Of a stretch of DNA of 64,000 bases, positions 17,696-24,780 are shown in pieces (within the stretch, counting starts at the first letter, position 1; every line of letters starts with the position of its first letter). This DNA is from a virus. Its lineage: Duplodnaviria > Caudoviricetes. A program made the position numbers and the translations under genes. The stretch lies in the IMG/VR virus record IMGVR_UViG_3300044678_002325, positions 1 through 64,000 of that record, one strand, 5' to 3'. The notes under the pieces were generated by a model. That model was not told where the DNA came from. It made no database searches and was given only the letters and a program-made list of their open reading frames with translations.

Positions 17696-18079
17696 TTAAA
17701 TAAATTCATTCTTATAAGTATGAAACTCAGTATCAAATTGACTATAATCTTCAAATAATTCTTCCCCAATTTGGATATCTTTATTTGAAATTATTATTTC
17801 CCCCACAACATCTAAATTTGGATTGTAACTATGATTAATAAAGTTAGTTAAGTCACAAGAGGAATAATAAAACCCATCATCTTCCTTCCACCCATATTTT
17901 TCAAAAAATTCTTTTTGAGCTTCGTTCAATTTATTGAATGTCGTTTCATCCATTTTAATATCCACACCTTCCACGAATTCCCAAACTATAGTTCCTTTTG
18001 GGATAAATTCTTTTGTGAATAAACCTAAGTCCATTTCAGGATTAGTTGCTATTTTAACTTCTACTTTATATAAAAACAT
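17696..18079 (-). CDS. SET-domain protein
   Basis: GLFTKEFIPKGTIVWEF, FINHSYNPN, DIQIGEELFEDY. Confidence 0.88.
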   Translation of the reverse strand: MFLYKVEVKIATNPEMDLGLFTKEFIPKGTIVWEFVEGVDIKMDETTFNKLNEAQKEFFEKYGWKEDDGFYYSSCDLTNFINHSYNPNLDVVGEIIISNKDIQIGEELFEDYSQFDTEFHTYKNEFI

Positions 18080-18082
18080 ATC

Positions 18083-18715
18083 TTAATTATTATCATAAAA
18101 CATATAATCAGAATCCTCAGTTTGCCATTTCTCGAACCCCTCACAATTATAATAATCCTTATTCACCAAATAATCTGGCTTCTCAGGGAAAGATTTTGTG
18201 ACAAAGGATGGTTCTGCCCATTTTATTCTATTATTTGGTTGTAGGGCAATCTGGCCATTATTCAGTAGTATTATGTGGTGTGATTTATGTTCCATTGGAT
18301 CCTCAGCCAAAGTAAAGTCACTATTCAAATCACTAGAACCCCAATTTATTGTGGCATAATAACTTCCATCATACCATTTCTTATCTTTCATAAAGACTGA
18401 AACTTTGGTATCATAGATATAACTTAAATGATGTACCGAGAAATTGTATGAAAAACAATTCCATATTTGAAGATAATGGAATGGTAAATCAACATCAGGT
18501 GATTTGGGTTCAGTTAATAATGCGTGAGATGGAAGTTTATCTCTCATAACACCATTATTAAATAATACTTGGAATAATGCCGCTTGTCCTGGTAAACATC
18601 TAATTGAGATTATAACACCCTCAGTAAATTCACCAAATCCCTTCTTATTTTGATATAGATATTCATTTCGAACATATACCTTTAAGGGGAAAAAATTACT
18701 TTCAATATAAGCCAT
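18083..18715 (-). CDS. Conserved phage hypothetical protein
   Basis: YVRNEYL...LQIWNCFSY...EHKSHH...ALQPNNRI pattern. Confidence 0.7.
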   Translation of the reverse strand: MAYIESNFFPLKVYVRNEYLYQNKKGFGEFTEGVIISIRCLPGQAALFQVLFNNGVMRDKLPSHALLTEPKSPDVDLPFHYLQIWNCFSYNFSVHHLSYIYDTKVSVFMKDKKWYDGSYYATINWGSSDLNSDFTLAEDPMEHKSHHIILLNNGQIALQPNNRIKWAEPSFVTKSFPEKPDYLVNKDYYNCEGFEKWQTEDSDYMFYDNN

Positions 18716-18717
18716 AA

Positions 18718-19038
18718 TTAATTTGTTGGTATGTCATTTGTTCCATACTCTCTTATCAAATAGTCGGTAAAATTTTCCACACTTTCAACATTAAATTCAA
18801 TTTTATCGTGCCAAATCTTTTTTTCAATTTTTTCATACAACCACCAACCAACTAAATCCTGTATCCATCCGTATTGTTCGTCTTTTTCTTTTCTGAGGAT
18901 GGTCGGAATGGACTTCTCAAGTTGCGAAATGGTGTTGTCAAAGTCAAGTAAATCAACTCCCATAGTATAGAGCTTGTGTACCTTCTCATCTTGTTCTTTG
19001 ATTTTTGTTAATGTTTCGATTATGTAATCCCTTACCAT
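18718..19038 (-). CDS. Hypothetical protein
   Basis: Start trimmed to MVRDY (the longer ORF overlaps tRNAs). Confidence 0.6.
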   Translation of the reverse strand: MVRDYIIETLTKIKEQDEKVHKLYTMGVDLLDFDNTISQLEKSIPTILRKEKDEQYGWIQDLVGWWLYEKIEKKIWHDKIEFNVESVENFTDYLIREYGTNDIPTN

Positions 19039-19069
19039 AATAAATAGTTTTAATTGTTGATAAAATTTG

Positions 19070-19142
19070 CATAGATGGAGGGACTCGAACCCCCAACCGG
19101 CTGGTTTGGAATCAGCAACTCTACCAATTGAGCTACATCTAC
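19070..19142 (-). tRNA. tRNA-Trp(CCA)
   Basis: GCTGA-TTCCAAA-CCAGC; G73. Confidence 0.92.
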
Positions 19143-19151
19143 ATTTGTTTG

Positions 19152-19236
19152 AGGTTGGGGAGGGATTCGAACCCACGATGAATTTTCATTCGATAGTTTT
19201 GCAGACTAGTGCCTTAACCAACTCGGCCACCCAACC
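19152..19236 (-). tRNA. tRNA-Cys(GCA) with long variable arm
   Basis: TAGT-CTGCAAA-ACTA; U73; 16-nt variable region. Confidence 0.88.
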
Positions 19237-19258
19237 CTATTGTTTCTTTTTATATTAC

Positions 19259-19717
19259 CTATAACTCAATAAAGATATCATAAGTTCCATTTTCATAGTA
19301 ATTTGTTGAACAATTTCTTAATATGATACCATCATAATTTTTTTCAATTAACATTTCTTTATATTTGTCAACCCCACCGAATTTGTATATTTCATCCATA
19401 TAAACTTGAAATGAGTCATAATCTTCATCATCTGAATTAACAACATATGGATTTTCAAATTTTATTTCTTTAGTTAAAATCTTACCCTTAGAACCTTTTA
19501 TATTTTCATATCTATCAGTATCAACAGAATAATCAATAAGTCCAGCAAACCATTTGGCCATAGTTAAATTATCTGTCCAAAATACACCCATTCCATCATC
19601 AGATACTTTACCATAGGTAGCGTTAATTCTATCTCCAATACCACGATATACTATAGTATAATTTTCAAATTCTTCTTTTAAAATTGTTTTAATACGTATT
19701 CTTAAATCTTTCATCAT
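19259..19717 (-). CDS. Putative ADP-ribosyltransferase-fold (ART-PolyVal-like) protein
   Basis: VYRG...GVFWTDN...A.WFA...NPYV...YDGII pattern; N-terminal IKTILKEE motif. Confidence 0.55.
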   Translation of the reverse strand: MMKDLRIRIKTILKEEFENYTIVYRGIGDRINATYGKVSDDGMGVFWTDNLTMAKWFAGLIDYSVDTDRYENIKGSKGKILTKEIKFENPYVVNSDDEDYDSFQVYMDEIYKFGGVDKYKEMLIEKNYDGIILRNCSTNYYENGTYDIFIEL

Positions 19718-19953
19718 TTTTTTACTATAAATATATTAAATCCCCCAACTTCACCCCACTCGTCAGTGGGGGATAGGTTGAGTTAAGCTTCCTAACTTAT
19801 ACCTTGGGCTATTCGTTTACAAGCAACAAGACCACAGTAGTGAGCAGTTCTTATGGGATGCCTCGTGGTACTATTATAACATAAAGAACAATTACCTACT
19901 AGCACCTCACACCGAAATTGTAGGCAGGCTCGGTCCCTTAATTGTTCAAATCT

Positions 19954-20202
19954 TTATTTCACGATTGTCTGTATTCCCAAATCTTTGGGGTGTTTTCCAC
20001 TTAGTTTATGAGTCACAGACCCATCACAAGTTGTAAAATACTTGTATCCTTTATCCCAAAATCGATAGACCTTACATCCATCAACTTTAAATAGAAGCTC
20101 AACGTTATAATTCGCATTATCTGTTTTTAGTTCTTCTATACCTTCTCTTTGACAACTAAGGAATAATACAGAAATTAATCCAAGGAATAATATTTTTTTC
20201 AT
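19954..20202 (-). CDS. Lipoprotein (DUF4884-like)
   Basis: LFLS-C lipobox; VELLFKVDGCKVYRFWD. Confidence 0.7.
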   Translation of the reverse strand: MKKILFLGLISVLFLSCQREGIEELKTDNANYNVELLFKVDGCKVYRFWDKGYKYFTTCDGSVTHKLSGKHPKDLGIQTIVK

Positions 20203-20231
20203 CGTTTTTGTAATTTAAAAATTATTTAATG

Positions 20232-20316
20232 TGTCCTTACCTAGATTCGAACTAGGATTATACTTCTCGTCTCCACTTTGTAAGAGTGGGATGTTTAACC
20301 ATTACACCATAAGGAC
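20232..20316 (-). tRNA. tRNA-Val(UAC) with long variable region
   Basis: CCACT-CTTACAA-AGTGG; 16-nt variable region. Confidence 0.85.
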
Positions 20317-20513
20317 TATTTATAAAAGAATGATTGGGCTATACTGATAATTGTACTCCAATAGAACCGAGACCGCGTATCTTAGTTACCTTTCCTAGTT
20401 TACAGTCAAAGTCCTGAACTTTCGTACCATCCTTAATTTTTATTTTCAGACCCATAATGTCAAAAAATATGTCTACTATTTTCTAATAACACCTTTCGTA
20501 ACTTATTGTGTTG

Positions 20514-20588
20514 TGACCCTGGGGAGATTTGAACTCCCGCTCCCAATATTAAAAGTATTGTGCTTTAAACCAGCTAAGCTACAGGGTC
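20514..20588 (-). tRNA. tRNA-Lys(UUU)
   Basis: CAATA-CTTTTAA-TATTG. Confidence 0.93.
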
Positions 20589-20801
20589 ATTTGTTATTTT
20601 TTTAAGTGAGTTACATCTACATAACACATTGAAGTAATGAATTGGTTCTATATGGTAGTTATTTTTTTCATCCAAATAAATCACCACTTCCATATCCACA
20701 ATTGCTCTAATTTCGATGTGTTTATTGTTTGGATTATCTTCACTATAATCAATAAACAACTTATCACCAACCTTAAATTCACCAATTTTTACATTAACCA
20801 T
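20574..20801 (-). CDS. Hypothetical protein
   Basis: ORF between tRNAs; 3' end overlaps tRNA-Lys. Confidence 0.5.
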   Translation of the reverse strand: MVNVKIGEFKVGDKLFIDYSEDNPNNKHIEIRAIVDMEVVIYLDEKNNYHIEPIHYFNVLCRCNSLKKITNDPVA

Positions 20802-20817
20802 AATTTATTAAAATTTG

Positions 20818-20891
20818 CGTCCCAGGTAGGATTCGAACCTACGATCACTCGATTAACAGTCGAGAGCTCTAAACCACTGAGCTACTGAGAC
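20818..20891 (-). tRNA. tRNA-Asn(GUU)
   Basis: CTCGA-CTGTTAA-TCGAG; G73. Confidence 0.95.
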
Positions 20892-20899
20892 ATTTGTTG

Positions 20900-20974
20900 T
20901 TGTCCTGGTGAGGCTCGAACTCACGACTTTTCGCGTATCAGACGAATACTCTAAACCAACTGAGTTACAGGACA
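20900..20974 (-). tRNA. tRNA-Ile(GAU)
   Basis: TTCGT-CTGATAC-GCGAA. Confidence 0.92.
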
Positions 20975-20989
20975 TTGTTAAAATTGTTG

Positions 20990-21063
20990 TGGTTCCACTA
21001 GGACTTGAACCTAGAACCTACCGATTATGAGTCGGGTGCTCTAACCAATTGAGCTATAGAACC
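20990..21063 (-). tRNA. tRNA-CAU, probably Ile2 (lysidine)
   Basis: CCGA-CTCATAA-TCGG; body resembles ileX-type tRNAs. Confidence 0.8.
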
Positions 21064-21076
21064 TTTAAAAATCTTG

Positions 21077-21148
21077 TATAGGTGACTGGGATTGAACCAG
21101 CGACCACTAGTTCCCAAAACTAGCACTCTACCTCTGAGCTACACCTAT
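21077..21148 (-). tRNA. tRNA-Pro(UGG)
   Basis: CTAGT-TTTGGGA-ACTAG. Confidence 0.92.
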
Positions 21149-21308
21149 ATTATTAAACCATATATAAATCCAAACAAAAGAACAATTAGAAATATAATTC
21201 CAACTATAAACAAGTCTGAGTTCTTTGTTTTGTAAGACAAAATTAAGAATAAGATTCCAATTATCAAAAATAAAAGACCAATAATTACTAACATTTTTTA
21301 ATTTTTTG

Positions 21309-21402
21309 TAGTCCTGACAGGATTCGAACCCGTAACGTACATCTCATATCTTTGATGCAAGCACTTGATAATAGCTGCGTCTACCAATTCCGCCACAGGA
21401 CT
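21309..21402 (-). ncRNA. tRNA-like RNA (AGTCCTG family)
   Basis: Perfect acceptor, D and T arms; irregular anticodon arm plus extra hairpin. Confidence 0.75.
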
Positions 21403-21614
21403 ATATTTAACTTATCTAAAATTTTCTCATATTTACAAAACAACAATCCAACTTTTTAGGTCTATCTATGTCATCTCTACCGTCAATTCTTGATTTTATA
21501 TAGTCAAAGATTTCTTTTTGTTCATCAGCGTTTAAACTATTGTTGATAGTTTCAATTCTAATCTCAAATCTTACCCAATAATGTGTGTCCATAATTTTAG
21601 TTTTTAATTTTTAG

Positions 21615-21744
21615 TAGTCCTGACAAGATTCGAACTTGTATTAAGCTACATATTGTTTATGTTAGACCTTTCGCTCCAATCCTAGTATTAAGGAGTGTCT
21701 GAACATTCAATCTTCACTCTACCCTTAACTTTCGCCACAGGACT
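21615..21744 (-). ncRNA. tRNA-like RNA (AGTCCTG family), 130 nt
   Basis: AGTCCTG/CAGGACT-A acceptor and ACAAG-TTCGAAT-CTTGT T arm enclosing a long irregular hairpin. Confidence 0.7.
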
Positions 21745-21753
21745 ATTGTATCA

Positions 21754-21785
21754 CAAAATTACGATTTCATTTTCTAATTTCCAAA
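21754..21785 (-). promoter_or_regulatory. Bacteroidetes primary-sigma promoter
   Basis: TTTG-N20-TAATTTTG directly upstream of a tRNA-like RNA. Confidence 0.75.
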
Positions 21786-21898
21786 CACTTTGGAATATTT
21801 TTCTTCATTTAATATGATTAGGTGGGTCGCTCATCTCCACTGTCTGCATTCCTTTGAGTTATGAACTCAACTGCTCTAATCTTATTAATATTTTTCTG

Positions 21899-21985
21899 CG
21901 GAGGACAGAGGACACGAACCCCACACCATACTTGGTGCCACTCGCTTAGCAGGCGGTGGTAACGACCCTGATTACTTTATCCTCC
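21899..21985 (-). tRNA. tRNA-Ser(GCU)
   Basis: CGC-CTGCTAA-GCG; long variable arm; G73. Confidence 0.85.
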
Positions 21986-21990
21986 AATTG

Positions 21991-22143
21991 TTAAATCCTT
22001 TTTCTTGAATTTTCTAAAATTGTTATTCCTAATAGAATTATACCAAGTACAATAAGTGTGTTAGGTGTACCTATTAATTTTGGAAGGGGCAAAAGAATAC
22101 TAAGCACAAAACCGAAAATCAAGATGAACAATAAATTTCTCAT
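21991..22143 (-). CDS. Small two-TM protein (50 aa)
   Basis: MRNLLFILIFGFVLSILLP...; downstream of ECF-like promoter. Confidence 0.55.
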   Translation of the reverse strand: MRNLLFILIFGFVLSILLPLPKLIGTPNTLIVLGIILLGITILENSRKRI

Positions 22144-22179
22144 TTTTTTAAACTTTTAATTGTTTCTAAATTCATTTAC

Positions 22180-22210
22180 ATAAACCCCTTCCCTTACCAT
22201 TTAGTTCCAA
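22180..22210 (-). promoter_or_regulatory. ECF-sigma-like promoter, copy 3
   Basis: TTGGAACTAAATG-N11-GGTTTAT. Confidence 0.6.
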
Positions 22211-22240
22211 GATTTAATTTTTTTTTGTGGTATCTAAGTT

Positions 22241-22486
22241 TTAAATTAATTCATCTGTCGGCATACAATACATAATGAATCGGTGTGAACCATACTCATT
22301 TTCGTAATAATAACTTCCTTGATTTACCTCATCATTATTGGGTTCAAACATTATGTATTTAGAAGTGGGGTCAACACCAATTCCCATATATTTGTCTAAT
22401 AATTCCAACACTCTTTGAAGGGTTGTTGCGGAACAAATAGGTATCCCCCATTTTTCGTGAACAATAAAATACATTGTATTTTTCAT
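22241..22486 (-). CDS. Hypothetical protein (paralog of 13070-13342)
   Basis: Shared motif pattern. Confidence 0.65.
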   Translation of the reverse strand: MKNTMYFIVHEKWGIPICSATTLQRVLELLDKYMGIGVDPTSKYIMFEPNNDEVNQGSYYYENEYGSHRFIMYCMPTDELI

Positions 22487-22509
22487 ATTTGTTATTTTAA
22501 ATTTTTTTG

Positions 22510-22582
22510 TAGTCCCAGCCCGATTTGAACGGGCATCTTATCATCCGTAGTGATAGATTCTAATCCATTGAACTATGGGACT
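22510..22582 (-). tRNA. tRNA-Arg(ACG)
   Basis: TATCA-CTACGGA-TGATA; acceptor AGTCCCA/TGGGACT. Confidence 0.9.
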
Positions 22583-22592
22583 AAATTTGTTG

Positions 22593-22679
22593 CGGAAAGT
22601 TGAGGTGTCGATCCCCATACAATACAATTGTACCTATCGTTTTCAAGACGTAGACCCAGGCCGCTGAGCTTAACTTTCC
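22593..22679 (-). tRNA. tRNA-Ser(UGA)
   Basis: CGT-CTTGAAA-ACG; long variable arm; G73. Confidence 0.85.
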
Positions 22680-22742
22680 AATTTATTTTTTTAATGTAAT
22701 TAGACTTTATTATTTAAATGATATTTATAGTAAAACAAATTT

Positions 22743-23006
22743 ATGAAAAAGATAGTAAGATTAACAGAATCAGATTTAATTAGACTGGTTAAAAGAGTAA
22801 TTAATGAAGACAACTTGAAAGAGTTTGGTTCACGTAAAGATTATGAACATGAAAAAAGCTGGAATACCAAATCTCCAAAAGTATACGATACTCAAAACCC
22901 AGAACAAGATGATGACACTAAAACAATTATGGATTACATTAAAAAATTATTCGGATTAGGTTTAAAACCTAAAGAAATTAGAAAAAAATTAAAAGAATTG
23001 GAATAA
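22743..23006 (+). CDS. MKKIVRLTESDL-motif protein
   Basis: N-terminal repeat-family peptide; TATTTATA upstream. Confidence 0.75.
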   Translation: MKKIVRLTESDLIRLVKRVINEDNLKEFGSRKDYEHEKSWNTKSPKVYDTQNPEQDDDTKTIMDYIKKLFGLGLKPKEIRKKLKELE

Positions 23007-23018
23007 TCTTTATTTAAG

Positions 23019-23091
23019 TAGGTATGATGAGAATCGAACTCACTAAACCAACATCCACAATGTTGTCCCTCTCCATTTGGGTTCATACCTC
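23019..23091 (-). tRNA. tRNA-His(GUG)
   Basis: CAACA-TTGTGGA-TGTTG; encoded G-1, A73. Confidence 0.88.
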
Positions 23092-23268
23092 ATATAATCC
23101 ATTTTCAGATGGTTTTTTGTCCATCTTCTCTGCGAGTTCCTTTTTGCTGATGTCGTTTTCACGCAATAGCTGATTGGTGCGAACCACCAGGTCGGCATAC
23201 CAATCTACAAAGATTTCTACATCTTTCGGTGTGCTTTTCAGCAATCTATCTACGGTTTTGCTTCTCAT
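23083..23268 (-). pseudogene. Truncated XRE-family HTH (antitoxin-like) fragment
   Basis: ...LLRENDISKKELAEKMDKKPSE breaks off before the recognition helix; GC higher than flanks. Confidence 0.55.
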
Positions 23269-23283
23269 TGTCTTATAGTTGTT

Positions 23284-23359
23284 TGGTGGTGGGAGTAGGA
23301 ATCGAACCTACATTAAATAATCTTCAGCTATTCGCCTTGACCAACTTGGCAATCCCACC
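23284..23359 (-). tRNA. tRNA-Phe(GAA)
   Basis: AATAG-CTGAAGA-TTATT; CCA encoded. Confidence 0.9.
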
Positions 23360-23364
23360 ATAAT

Positions 23365-23559
23365 TTATATTTGATTACCTTCTTTTAAAGTTGAAGACAT
23401 TTCACTACCATCCCCAAATTCTTGGTAAAAATAAACAAACATTTTTCCATTAATGTCAGTTCCTTTATGTAAAATTCTTGTGACTTTTTTTAGTTTACCA
23501 AACATATTTGGAATAACATCCCCAACTTCAAGATTTAAAATTTGATTTTTAGTAATCAT
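23365..23559 (-). CDS. Hypothetical protein
   Basis: ORF track. Confidence 0.55.
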   Translation of the reverse strand: MITKNQILNLEVGDVIPNMFGKLKKVTRILHKGTDINGKMFVYFYQEFGDGSEMSSTLKEGNQI

Positions 23560-23659
23560 AAAATAAATATTTTAAGTATGAAAAAATTTAGAGTAAGTAT
23601 CCACCACGTTTAAGGCTGGTTGTGGACAGTGCTACCTACGACCTTTCCTTACTCTCCCA

Positions 23660-23691
23660 CAAAATTACAACCCTTTATTTTTATTTCCAAA
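23660..23691 (-). promoter_or_regulatory. Bacteroidetes primary-sigma promoter
   Basis: TTTG-N20-TAATTTTG. Confidence 0.7.
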
Positions 23692-23767
23692 TGTTTTATC
23701 AAGTTTTTTTTAAAGTGGTCAAATTTAACCATTTTAAACTACACCATATTTATGATAAAATAGAATT

Positions 23768-24517
23768 ATGAAAATTATAATTAATGAATCCCAATATAAA
23801 ACAATCCTTAAAGAATTTATGGGTTCAATTGAATCAAGTAAGTTTATGAAAATTTTTAAAAAATTTTTGGAGGATAAAAATATTGTTATACTTTATGATG
23901 ATTTTAGAGAATTTACAATGCACACAAGTATAAAAATACCTAAAACAAACTTTGATGATTATCTAACCATATTTTCAGAGATTGAAAAATTTATTGAAAT
24001 TTATGGGTGGTTTATTTCAAGTTATTTAGTGATTTATAATCACCCTAATACATCAATTTATGATGAAAAGGACATTAAATTCTTAGATTATAGAAAATTA
24101 GTTGATTGGCTAAAAACGAATGAGTCAAATATCCAACTAAAACATATAATGTTAAATTTAGAAAAAAAATACACAGAACAAAATAAAGGCCATAATGTTT
24201 TTTACCACGTAACAGATAAGAAAAACACTGAAAAAATAATGACTTATGGATTAAGACCTAGAAAATCACAAAATAAATATTTCAATTATTCTGATAGAAT
24301 TTACCTAGCTGATTATGTCAAAGTAGCTTATTATATAAACGACCTTTTTAAAGATCCTAACGCCAAAACTGATTATGGTAAAGAAGGTGTTGTCGTATTT
24401 GAAATTACCTTACCTGATTCATTTAAAACTTATTTTGACCCAAAAGCACCATTGTCATCCTATACCTTAGAACCAATACCACCTAAATATATAGAAATTT
24501 ACGATTATCTAGATTAG
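23768..24517 (+). CDS. MKIIINESQ-motif protein with C-terminal ART-fold (Tpt1/KptA-like) domain
   Basis: FYHVT...I...GLRP...IYL...VVFEI...IPPKYI pattern. Confidence 0.65.
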   Translation: MKIIINESQYKTILKEFMGSIESSKFMKIFKKFLEDKNIVILYDDFREFTMHTSIKIPKTNFDDYLTIFSEIEKFIEIYGWFISSYLVIYNHPNTSIYDEKDIKFLDYRKLVDWLKTNESNIQLKHIMLNLEKKYTEQNKGHNVFYHVTDKKNTEKIMTYGLRPRKSQNKYFNYSDRIYLADYVKVAYYINDLFKDPNAKTDYGKEGVVVFEITLPDSFKTYFDPKAPLSSYTLEPIPPKYIEIYDYLD

Positions 24518-24520
24518 ATG

Positions 24521-24593
24521 TTCCCCCTGATGGAATTGAACCACCATCCTCAGAACCAAAATCTGATGTAATAAGCCTTTATACCAAGGAGGA
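24521..24593 (-). tRNA. tRNA-Gln(UUG)
   Basis: TCAGA-TTTTGGT-TCTGA; U1-A72. Confidence 0.9.
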
Positions 24594-24623
24594 TTATATT
24601 TTACCAACGATGTCAAAGAACAC

Positions 24624-24656
24624 AAAAAAACCCTGAACGTCTTTTGTCCAGGGTTT
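24624..24656 (-). terminator. Attenuator terminator of tRNA block A
   Basis: AAACCCTGGAC-loop-GTTCAGGGTTT plus T run; followed by boxA-like GTTCTTTGACAT. Confidence 0.8.
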
Positions 24657-24684
24657 GTATAAAAAATTAATATTTTTTTTACCA

Positions 24685-24780
24685 TCACGAGATTCCACCT
24701 GAACCATAAGAATCCGCTGACCAACAATTTTTAAATTGCGGTTGCACTGAATTACTAATATGGTTTATCGATGTTCTCAT
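24685..24780 (-). CDS. Putative leader peptide A (MRTSINHISNSVQPQFKNCWSADSYGSGGIS)
   Basis: 31-codon ORF after a TATTTATA motif; contains GTTCAGG, identical to the terminator 3' arm and so an alternative partner for CCTGGAC. Confidence 0.78.
   Translation of the reverse strand: MRTSINHISNSVQPQFKNCWSADSYGSGGIS

Noticed and set aside
19745-19780. Hammerhead ribozyme (minus-strand CTGACGA)
   Set aside because: No stem II plus GAAA; the sequence is better explained as the hairpin CCCCACT-GACG-AGTGGGG.
12452-24727. ORF-track calls overlapping RNA genes (12452-12637, 15924-16127, 16563-16775, 19067-19264, 20637-20888, 24509-24727)
   Set aside because: They run across tRNAs, tRNA-like RNAs or attenuators and are likely spurious.
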